In this document: one piece after another, positions 31,598-39,360 of the stretch
How the letters are laid out: every line of letters begins with the position of its first letter
Numbering within the stretch: position 1 is the first letter of the stretch
From: Candidatus Scalinduaceae bacterium
GTDB lineage: Bacteria > Planctomycetota > Brocadiia > Brocadiales > Scalinduaceae
Reading direction: 5' to 3'
Assembly: GCA_046759445.1 (NCBI GenBank)
Contig: JBHICG010000028.1
Coordinates: 1 to 39,360, forward strand
Length of the DNA stretch: 39,360 nt
Position numbers and translations under genes: made by a program
Notes under the pieces: model-generated
The model's database searches: none
Seen by the model: the letters and a program-made list of their open reading frames with translations, nothing else
What the model was told of the DNA's origin: nothing

Positions 31598-31771
31598 AAC
31601 TTAGTTCGCTCCGCTCACAGTTGGAATGGCTGCTTGATACTTGTTTCACGTTTAAACTCGAAATCCGAATATCGAAATCCGAAACAAATTCTAAATTCAA
31701 ATTTTCAAATGTTCAAAACAACATAAGCTAAGCTTAGCTTTGGATATTTCGTATTTCGTACTTCGGATTTC
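31598..31771. repeat. Composite intergenic repeat: GAACTTAGTTCGC motif, heptamer-based inverted repeat and 16-bp palindrome
   Basis: gaaatccgaatatcgaaatccgaaa (31660-31684) pairs imperfectly with tttcgtatttcgtacttcggatttc (31747-31771); AAGCTAAGCTTAGCTT perfect palindrome at 31725-31740. Confidence 0.75.
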
Positions 31772-31876
31772 AAAAGTCGAGAATCCAGTATCCATGAGTT
31801 AACAAATTGCAAGCCCAAAAATCTTTTAATATCAAATATCAAGAAGTTATAGAATTCTCGAGACGTTTGGATAAAG

Positions 31877-32344
31877 CTAAATGCCTTCCTCATTATCAAA
31901 CACCTCAACCAGGAATAAATACTGCCCCCATTCATCGCCTGAAACTCGAAGTACTAAAGATATTTTGACTCCGATTTTAATAGATGGTGGAATACCGATC
32001 TCAGAAAATATTTCAACTGACTTCCCTACATAATCATTTCCAAAGTTAACATAATCGCCAAATTGTTCTACTTTATCTATTTTCATAATAATTTTATGAA
32101 TCCCCTTTTGCTCACATACAATGTCTTTTACTATCCCAGTAGCAACAAATTTATTCTCAATGACAACTCCAGCTAATTTACAAAATAAATTATCCGATAG
32201 CGTATTTATGCCAAACATGTTATTGTGATAATTTATCTTAGCTAACTCTTCATTATTGGTAACAGCAGAAGTTGTTTTCATATAGACAAAACCTTGAACA
32301 AATAGGATTAAAAATATGATTAACAAGTAATTAATTTTTTTCAT
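31877..32344 (-). CDS. Hypothetical exported protein (about 155 aa, beta-rich, possibly OB-fold-like)
   Basis: ATG at 32344 gives a signal-like MKKINYLLIIFLILFVQG (ORF track extends to 32410); ends LRVSGDEWGQYLFLVEV. Confidence 0.75.
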   Translation of the reverse strand: MKKINYLLIIFLILFVQGFVYMKTTSAVTNNEELAKINYHNNMFGINTLSDNLFCKLAGVVIENKFVATGIVKDIVCEQKGIHKIIMKIDKVEQFGDYVNFGNDYVGKSVEIFSEIGIPPSIKIGVKISLVLRVSGDEWGQYLFLVEVFDNEEGI

Positions 32345-32431
32345 TATTAAGAACATCCTATGCAAATTGTTTAATAATGTAGGGTTGGACTGCCTTTCCC
32401 AGGGAGACATTGCACACCATAATTTATAACT

Positions 32432-35400
32432 TCAAAAATCAAGAGATGTTGGATCTATTCTTATATCTGGTGATTGTGTTATAATCACATTAATAGAAAT
32501 ACTCTGAATATTCCCCCAATTTCCCGCAACGTCTCTTCCTCGTACATTTACGGTGTATGGAGAATTGGCTGCTGTCCATGATGAGGTATCTATATTTGCC
32601 TGAACATTTTCACTTGTTGAATTAAATGATCCATCTGTAGGCGACATTGATAACCCATTCCCGTTTCCTGGATCAGAATTTCCGCTGTAATACTCAGCAG
32701 CGGCAATATTTGAATTGCCTGTTGTATTATCATCAATGGTTGTAGAAATTGTTATAGAATTATCACCTTCAGTAATAGGATTCTTCGAAGGTACGGGTAT
32801 TGTTGGAACAGGGCCTGTGGTGTCAACAGTTCCGGAAATCACTGCTTGGGTGTACGAACCCGTAACACTTAGCCCCTGCCCATCATCGACCGTCACCTGG
32901 ATCGTACAGTTCTGCTGGCTACCAGTCGTGTTCGGAGGTGACATCCATGTCGGGTTCTGCACATTTGGGTTGCTAAAACTCCCGTTCGACCCGAGTCCCT
33001 GACAGCTCGCCGTCCATACGTAACTCGGTTCGTGCCCCAGCGAGTCCGTAGCCGTCGCACTCAGGTTTACCGTCCCCTCAGAGATTACAGGATTATTATC
33101 ACCGCTTGGCCCACTCGTAATGTTTAGCGTGTGTCCAACCTCGAATACTAATTGGGCTATACCCCCCGACTCGAAGTTCGTAATAGGTTCCTGGCCTGGA
33201 ATATTGTCGAATTTGGCATAGATCATTACCGTAGCTGTGGTGGCTAAACCAGGTAAGTCATTAGCAAGAAGTTTGGTGTACTGATAAGTCTCTCCTGGAT
33301 TGAGCGATAATGGTGACCCAAACTGCTCGGAAGGCCAGGTTCGCTCGTAAACAAACCCATCTTTATCCTTAAATTCACCGATTGCTTGAACACGGTCTAG
33401 TATTACTGTGACACCACTTGTATTTTTTATTGTCACATCAACTGTAGCACTTCCATTAAGCACATAAGGCGGAGGTTCCAGAAGTCTTATTCCATCAACA
33501 ATACTCAATGATGTTACTCCACCTGGATCAACTTTATGAATATATGTACTCTGTTGACTCAAGCCTTGTCCATCGCTAACAGTTACTCCAATTGTGCAAT
33601 CCTGCTGACTACCAGTATTGTTTACCGGGGCTATCCAGCTCGGTAACCGAGTTGCGGTTCCAATGAGTGTTCCATTTGACGACAGGGTAGGACAAGATGC
33701 AGTCCACGCATAGCTTAAATTGTGTCCTAACGAGTCCACCGCTGTCACGCTCAGATTTGCAGTTCCTCTTGGGACCACTGGGTTTGGACTCCCGTTTGCC
33801 CCGCTTATGATGTCCAGTGTGTGAGAGAGGGTAGGTGTAAAATTAGCCACAAGTGTTCTATTAGCACTGGCTGTGAATGTATAAGTGGATGTTGTGTTGA
33901 CTTCTATCCCATTTTCAGTCCAATTCGCAAAACTGTAACCAGTGTTAGCACTTGCCACTACAAACACAATTACTCCATTAGAATAGCCTCCGTCTCCACT
34001 GGTTGTTCCTCCTTGTGATGGTGAGGCGCTAGTGTTAATCGTATAAATGGTGCTTAGAACCGTAATTTTATTGGGGGTTGTACTGCCGATGTTGTTATTC
34101 TCATTAGCTTCGGTAACAACACCTGGCGCTGGGCCATCGGCATAAACCGTTATCCAATAGTCTCCTTGCAAAGCATTAGTAGGAATCGTAACATCTTTGA
34201 TTACTGTACTGGATTCATTTGGAGCAAGAGAGGCCATTGAGAAATTAGCCAATAGATTCTGAGTTCCATAAGCACTCGTAGCTAAGGAAATTCTATTATT
34301 AAATCCTCCTGATGCAGCATCGCCTATGTTTTTCACCGTAAAGGTGACTGGAATGGTTGATCCTGCGCTTACTGCTGAAGAAGTGTCAACCGAAACTGAA
34401 AGTACAGTAAGATCGGACAATGTACCGGGTGATGTAACGTTAACATTTGTCTTAAAATAGATTGTTTCTTTCCATATTACGTTCTCGGTCACATTTTTTT
34501 TTTCTAAATTTGCTGTTATTTTTACCTCCTTTTTCCCGGTAGAGTTATAAGTATGATTAGGATTCCATCCGGTACCAGTCCCGCCGTCTCCAAAATCCCA
34601 TGCTAAACTAAGTATATCAAGTCCTGCTAAGCTAGATGCAATAGGATAGATATTGCCATTAAACTCTATTTCAATGTCTTTCTGGAGTAATAAAGGATCT
34701 GCATTGTTGGCTATTCCTTCATTATTAATGATATAGGTTTTTTCAGGGATACTTAAAGAAACATTATATCTTGTATCAGCAACTGCTGCGGGGTCTCTAA
34801 AGACGCGACCTGGGGCATTTATAGGGGTAAAATTATTATAGATGGTATATTTTATTCGTATTGGTGGACATTGTTGACCTAGATTATTTACTATGGGCCT
34901 ATAATCAGGTATGGTCCAAGGAGGATGCGCCTGATTGTTGTCTGAACCTGTTGGCTCAGTACCGCAAAATGCATCATAACCCTGTGAATCTGTACAATAA
35001 ATACAATCAGAATCAGGATCTTCTTTAAGATCCCAAAGTTTTTTTATATCTATTAGATCATATTTATAAAAGCTGTCATAAAAACTGTTAAGTTTGTTAA
35101 GGTCAGGTTCCTCATGGGCAAAATTACCAAAATTTACATATACGACACCCGGAGTAAACTTATCATTATTGTTATACCAATTACCTATATTTATGCCAGC
35201 TACAGTGCACTTATATTTATCAAAATAAATCCCATGACCTCTTGATTCTATAAATGCAACATAACGATGGTCTCCATATTTATTAACTCCCTCGTTAATA
35301 TCACTGGAACCTTGAGCTGGGATTACCGTTATATTCTGGCCAATTGGATAATTCATCCAGATGTTATGAGCCATAGACTCTATAATAATTAAATCACCAT

Positions 35401-36832
35401 AATCACTGCCATCCTTTTTTATAACAAAAAGCATTGCCTCCATATCATTTTCATGTTCAAATCTCTTTGTGATATTATTCTCATCCTTAATAGTCGCCCA
35501 ATCTCTTGGATGAAAAACAGCGTAGTAGATAAACCAATGTGTATCAGTTTCTTTGACATCATAATACACGGATGCGTATAAGGGATTAATTTCTGCGCCA
35601 ATCCAATTATCGTCTCCGCATATTGTGCCTATGGTTCCGGCACGATCATCAAAATCAAAATTTGTAATAAAATCAGCTCTACCATTCAGACCATTATTCA
35701 CAGGGAGAATGCTATTGTCTACTTTTTGATAAATCACAGGCGCCCAATGTTCGGCTAATTCCCTTTTAAAATCAGTAGTAGCACTAGAAGATGTTTTTCC
35801 AAGTTTCATAATTGCACCATCAGTCCCATTAGTTCCTTTTTCTGTCCAATATATGCTTATACTGTCTTCTACAATATCATATGGACCATTCAAACCACTT
35901 GCTAATGTAGCAATAGCACCTCCATTAATAGATATTTTCTTTATTGAGCCAGCCCCTGCAACTCCATTAGCATATTCTGTAAAGTATAAATTATTATTGT
36001 CAACTGCAATTCGGAATGGATTATCTAACCCTGTGGCTAAAGTAGTTACTGATCCACCATTAATCGGAACTTTCTTAACTGAGCCTGCATTTGGTTCGAC
36101 CCAGTATACATTGCTTTCATCAACTGCAATTCCAGATGCGTTGTTTGCCAAATTTGTAGCTAAATCAATTACACTTCCACCCTCTTTATTAATCTTAGCG
36201 ATAAAATAAACGGTTCCAGTGAAAAAACTAAAAGTAAAATAACTAAAATAAACATGTGTATCGTCAATTGCCATAATACCTGTATTACCACCTTTAGTGG
36301 TAAGGGTAATTAGGTCGCCACCATTTATTGGAATCTTCCTTATCCCAGTAAAGCTGGGTGTACCACTGTTGTTGTCAGACCAGTATACATAGGCACTATC
36401 TACTGCAATGTCTCCTGGTTGATTAGCATCTGATGATAGAGTAGTTCTAACTCCACCTGTGATAGGAATTTTGTATATAATACCACTGCCACCACCAGGA
36501 TTCCAACCCCAGTACACAGAGGTATTATCTACTGCAATGTCTGTCCACCCAGTTCCACCAGCAAAACCAAGAAATTGACTTGAGACAGTAGAAACTGCTC
36601 CTCCAATAATAGGAACCTTCTTCACTTCCCCTGTTTTATTAGGAAACGAAGTTTCAGTCCAATAAACATTATTTTGATCTACGGTGAGGAAATTGGGGCT
36701 ATCCAAACCACTAACTAAAGTGGTAGGTAGATCTGCTCTGGATTGTCCTATGAAGATAAAGCAAATAGGAAACAGTAATGAAATAATTAACATCTTTGAA
36801 AAGGTTGTGGTTATTTTATAAAAAAAACTCAT
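32432..36832 (-). CDS. Large secreted mosaic surface protein: beta-propeller, NPP1/Vps62-like domain, PKD, CARDB, B-repeat-like and Ig-like domains
   Basis: Signal peptide; about 7 IAVD...VYW repeats; HWAPVIYQ...HENDME...ESRGHG domain; WDFGDG (PKD); DLTV...VTFTVKNIG (CARDB); ANTGYSFANW; two DSLGH...WTASC repeats. Confidence 0.88.
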   Translation of the reverse strand: MSFFYKITTTFSKMLIISLLFPICFIFIGQSRADLPTTLVSGLDSPNFLTVDQNNVYWTETSFPNKTGEVKKVPIIGGAVSTVSSQFLGFAGGTGWTDIAVDNTSVYWGWNPGGGSGIIYKIPITGGVRTTLSSDANQPGDIAVDSAYVYWSDNNSGTPSFTGIRKIPINGGDLITLTTKGGNTGIMAIDDTHVYFSYFTFSFFTGTVYFIAKINKEGGSVIDLATNLANNASGIAVDESNVYWVEPNAGSVKKVPINGGSVTTLATGLDNPFRIAVDNNNLYFTEYANGVAGAGSIKKISINGGAIATLASGLNGPYDIVEDSISIYWTEKGTNGTDGAIMKLGKTSSSATTDFKRELAEHWAPVIYQKVDNSILPVNNGLNGRADFITNFDFDDRAGTIGTICGDDNWIGAEINPLYASVYYDVKETDTHWFIYYAVFHPRDWATIKDENNITKRFEHENDMEAMLFVIKKDGSDYGDLIIIESMAHNIWMNYPIGQNITVIPAQGSSDINEGVNKYGDHRYVAFIESRGHGIYFDKYKCTVAGINIGNWYNNNDKFTPGVVYVNFGNFAHEEPDLNKLNSFYDSFYKYDLIDIKKLWDLKEDPDSDCIYCTDSQGYDAFCGTEPTGSDNNQAHPPWTIPDYRPIVNNLGQQCPPIRIKYTIYNNFTPINAPGRVFRDPAAVADTRYNVSLSIPEKTYIINNEGIANNADPLLLQKDIEIEFNGNIYPIASSLAGLDILSLAWDFGDGGTGTGWNPNHTYNSTGKKEVKITANLEKKNVTENVIWKETIYFKTNVNVTSPGTLSDLTVLSVSVDTSSAVSAGSTIPVTFTVKNIGDAASGGFNNRISLATSAYGTQNLLANFSMASLAPNESSTVIKDVTIPTNALQGDYWITVYADGPAPGVVTEANENNNIGSTTPNKITVLSTIYTINTSASPSQGGTTSGDGGYSNGVIVFVVASANTGYSFANWTENGIEVNTTSTYTFTASANRTLVANFTPTLSHTLDIISGANGSPNPVVPRGTANLSVTAVDSLGHNLSYAWTASCPTLSSNGTLIGTATRLPSWIAPVNNTGSQQDCTIGVTVSDGQGLSQQSTYIHKVDPGGVTSLSIVDGIRLLEPPPYVLNGSATVDVTIKNTSGVTVILDRVQAIGEFKDKDGFVYERTWPSEQFGSPLSLNPGETYQYTKLLANDLPGLATTATVMIYAKFDNIPGQEPITNFESGGIAQLVFEVGHTLNITSGPSGDNNPVISEGTVNLSATATDSLGHEPSYVWTASCQGLGSNGSFSNPNVQNPTWMSPPNTTGSQQNCTIQVTVDDGQGLSVTGSYTQAVISGTVDTTGPVPTIPVPSKNPITEGDNSITISTTIDDNTTGNSNIAAAEYYSGNSDPGNGNGLSMSPTDGSFNSTSENVQANIDTSSWTAANSPYTVNVRGRDVAGNWGNIQSISINVIITQSPDIRIDPTSLDF

Positions 36833-36978
36833 TTTTTTTTCTCAGAAAGGTAAAAATAGTATTGTCTGTTCTCCTTTTAATTAAAATAGGGTCTGTTTAA
36901 AGCCAGTGGTACTTTCTCCTATTCTCTAATCAATTATTCTTTGTTCAAGATTTATATTAGTATTAGACATAGGACATT

Positions 36979-37088
36979 TAAAGTGGACTAAAGTGCCTAA
37001 AGTTAAAAGAATTGTAACTACTCAGGCACAAAGTTTATATACCTATAGAGTGAGCTAAAGTGTAAAGTGTTCTAAAATGCCTAAAGTT
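36979..37088. repeat. Degenerate short tandem repeats (TAAAGTG core)
   Basis: taaagtggac-taaagtgcc-taaagtt (36979-37004) and tagagtgagc-taaagtg-taaagtgttc-taaaatgcc-taaagtt (37046-37088). Confidence 0.7.
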
Positions 37089-37247
37089 TAACAAACCATT
37101 TTCATCTACAATTTATAATATTAATTCAGACTAAGCTAAGCTTTGCAGGATAAACCCGCCTGCGGCGGACCTAGAAATTGCACACAGGGGCACCTCTGGC
37201 GGTAGAATTAACACGATTGACCCACCCAACGTTTATGCGGATATCTC

Positions 37248-37296
37248 TTGACAAAAAGTGTTTTATACATTAATAATTATATTCATTTGCTATAAT
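37248..37296 (+). promoter_or_regulatory. Probable promoter(s) of the toxin-antitoxin operon
   Basis: TTGACA (37248-37253) with AATAAT 18 nt later; extended -10 TGcTATAAT at 37288-37296. Confidence 0.55.
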
Positions 37297-37387
37297 TATA
37301 ATAAACAGAGGCAATGATTATTGAATCACTAAAAACACTCTAAAAAAACTAAAAGACCTGAATATTACCTACAGGAGGTAAAACACA

Positions 37388-37627
37388 TTGGAAAACAGAA
37401 TAGAAGTTAACCCAGATATTTGTCATGGCCAGCCATGTATAAAAGGAACAAGAATAATGGTTTATATCGTCATTGAACTTCTCGAATCCGGTTTAACACC
37501 AGATAACATTATAAGGGACTATTATCCAAACATCACAAAGGAAGACATAAGACAATGTCTGCATTATGCCGCTTCTCTTATTAAAGACCAGGAATACATC
37601 CCATTTGAAGAGGCTACTCAGCATTGA
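37388..37627 (+). CDS. DUF433-family antitoxin (VapB45-like)
   Basis: RIEVNPDICHGQPCIKGTRI.V...I...YP.IT.EDI..CL.YA; AGGAGGT RBS and TTG start. Confidence 0.93.
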   Translation: MENRIEVNPDICHGQPCIKGTRIMVYIVIELLESGLTPDNIIRDYYPNITKEDIRQCLHYAASLIKDQEYIPFEEATQH

Positions 37628-37974
37628 GATTTCTTATCGATGAAAACATCTTTCCTCACATAACTTCCTATATTCGAAAATCAGGTCATGATGTCAAAAC
37701 TGTTCAAGAGTCTGGTCTAATCAAGGCTCCAGATGATAAGATCGTTGATTTATCAATCAAGGAAAAAAGAACCATTATCACATTTGACAAACATTTTGGT
37801 GACACACTCAGATATCCACCACAAAATCTATTTGGTATAATTCTTATAAGGATTCATCCTCCTATATTAGACGACATCTGTCATGCTATAGATAACCTCT
37901 TTAAAAACTATCAAGCCGATTCTTTCAAAGGAAGGCTTATTGTGCTATCTAAATCAGGGTATAGGATAAGATAA
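37624..37974 (+). CDS. DUF5615 PIN-like protein (VapC45-like toxin)
   Basis: MRFLIDENI...GHDV...DDKI...RTIITFDKHFG...GIILIR; TTGA overlap with the DUF433 stop. Confidence 0.92.
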   Translation: MRFLIDENIFPHITSYIRKSGHDVKTVQESGLIKAPDDKIVDLSIKEKRTIITFDKHFGDTLRYPPQNLFGIILIRIHPPILDDICHAIDNLFKNYQADSFKGRLIVLSKSGYRIR

Positions 37975-38043
37975 TAAATTGTTTATTAGAGCACTTACCC
38001 TCATTCTTTTACCAATTACTCTTTTTTCACGATTTCCATTCAT

Positions 38044-38320
38044 AATAGTTATTAGCTAACTTTGTTAGTTGTTATTAGTTCATTCGTTATTAGCTGGCTA
38101 TTCAGTTTGTTCGTCCAATTTGACGATAAAATGAAAAAAAGTACGAATATATATGTTCTCTATAAACTCGAAAAAAAGTAATCAAGAAATTCGTTAGATT
38201 TATTTGAAAAGTTTCGTAAACACAGAAACGTGATATAAGTGATGTAAGATGATATGATTTATGATTACGTCTCTGCAGAGGTCTCTGCACAGAATGCAGA
38301 GAATGCAGAGATTGCAGATA
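38044..38320. repeat. Patches of degenerate short tandem repeats
   Basis: gttattag repeated three times (38048-38093); tgatataag/tgatgtaag; tgcagag-type units repeated about five times (38270-38320). Confidence 0.6.
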
Positions 38321-38548
38321 TAGATGTGAAAAAAATGCGGAACCGTAACAGCAAAACGTTGTCTTCTGCATTACCAGCACTCCCATGGCATTATGTGTGG
38401 GTGATTGGCTAACTTTTAAAATTACGTTCAATAGCGCAATTTTATAACATATTTTCAAAGAAAAAACAATTGGTCAAAAGTTGCAGCCGAAATGCAACTT
38501 TAGTTTGATTCGACAGATATAACAAACTTGATAAGAAAAAAGATATTA

Positions 38549-38734
38549 CCTGAATCTTGCACGAAAAGCGACAAATCCCCCCTTGCCCCTTTACTAAAGG
38601 GGGACTAAGGGGGATTAGATTTTAACCAAATAGGTTATACTACAGTTTCTTCTTCGTTGTGTGAAAAAGCACAATTAAAATATCATTTCTCGTGCAAGAA
38701 ATTTCTTTCACATAATTATGGTGCAAGATTCAGG
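38549..38734. mobile_element. 186-bp MITE with IS1380-like ends
   Basis: Perfect 14-bp terminal inverted repeats CCTGAATCTTGCAC (38549-38562) and GTGCAAGATTCAGG (38721-38734); flanked by direct repeat TATTA (38544-38548 and 38735-38739); no transposase ORF. Confidence 0.88.
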
Positions 38735-38736
38735 TA

Positions 38737-39360
38737 TTAATCTGTGCACTCCTTTTTCTGGAGTATTTGATGTAGTTTAAATTGGTTTGTTTTAATGGCA
38801 ATGACGGCAAGCTGTAGCCTGTCAGTGACTCCTGTCTTTTTATATATCCTGTTCAGGTGTGATTTGACAGATTGCTCACTGATGTTTAGGTCCTTCATAA
38901 TTTCCCTGTTAGAATATCCCCGGCAAATCATTTTGACTATTTCCAGCTCCCTTCTGGACAAGAGAGTGCTCTTTTTGGCTGACACATCATTCGTAATGGT
39001 AATAATGTCTCGGTATTTATTACGATCAAACCAGAGTTCTCCAGAGATAACACTCTTTATTGCTTTTAGTAATTGAGATAAATTGGTATCGGGTGACAGG
39101 ATACCAACGAGCCCTTTTGAGATAAAATCTAAAAAAAACTTATTCTCTATCATCGGGAGGCATTCTGATTCTAAGAGCAATATTTTCATATCGTGCTCTA
39201 AGGGAATGTCATGAAACTTATGCGACAGTGTATTAAAATCGGCAATTACCAGATCGGGTTTTTCCTTAATAATTTCTTTGAGGCCGCAGCACCTAATAGA
39301 GACATTTATGTCAAATTTCATTCCTTTTAATAACTCTTTGACACCTTCACTAATGATATT
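38737..39360 (-). CDS. LuxR/NarL-family transcriptional regulator (receiver-like domain plus HTH), 5' end outside the window
   Basis: Frame is open to the edge (NIISEGVKELLKG...); KPDLVIAD, KAIKSVISGELWF, LSRRELEIV...GYSNREI...ISEQSVKSHLNRIYKKTGV.DRLQL. Confidence 0.93.
   Translation of the reverse strand, partial: NIISEGVKELLKGMKFDINVSIRCCGLKEIIKEKPDLVIADFNTLSHKFHDIPLEHDMKILLLESECLPMIENKFFLDFISKGLVGILSPDTNLSQLLKAIKSVISGELWFDRNKYRDIITITNDVSAKKSTLLSRRELEIVKMICRGYSNREIMKDLNISEQSVKSHLNRIYKKTGVTDRLQLAVIAIKTNQFKLHQILQKKECTD

Noticed and set aside
32380..32434. Selenocysteine readthrough of the TGA ending the 1466-aa gene
   Set aside because: The position corresponds to a structural loop residue of an Ig domain, no convincing SECIS hairpin directly follows, and the next ORF has its own signal peptide.
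29873..32437. TTTTGA microhomology at both split-domain junctions as a recombination site
   Set aside because: Only 6 bp, AT-rich and out of frame; crossover there would retain the stop codon.

Overview
Low-GC bacterial chromosomal window. The protein style, the system II ccsA/ccsB pair and the intergenic repeat types suggest an anammox planctomycete (Brocadiales, Scalindua-like); this is inference, not a database result. The left two thirds are mostly housekeeping: a split MacAB-like ABC exporter, uvrA, pepA, a PpiC-type foldase lipoprotein, ccsA/ccsB, tRNA-Gln(TTG), ilvD, alaS, rpmF-plsX-fabH-fabD-acpP-fabF (no fabG), nadB and a hemerythrin-like gene. Remnants are interspersed (an RND fragment, an IS1380-like transposase tail fused to an FHA-like ORF, REP/MITE-like palindromes). 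The right third is accessory: three co-oriented, same-frame secreted-protein genes (1466 aa mosaic, ~155 aa, 1359 aa M6 metalloprotease with seven near-identical 129-bp repeats), a DUF433/DUF5615 toxin-antitoxin pair, a 186-bp MITE with perfect 14-bp terminal inverted repeats and a 5-bp target duplication, and a truncated LuxR regulator. The most striking observation is one Ig-like (choice-of-anchor D/HYDIN-type) domain apparently split between two genes. Its first strand (SPDIRIDPTSLDF-stop) ends the 1466-aa protein, and the remainder (SQSKTFTIYNDG...SNDPDENP) lies inside the M6 protease. This suggests either strand complementation in trans or a cassette insertion into an ancestral giant gene.
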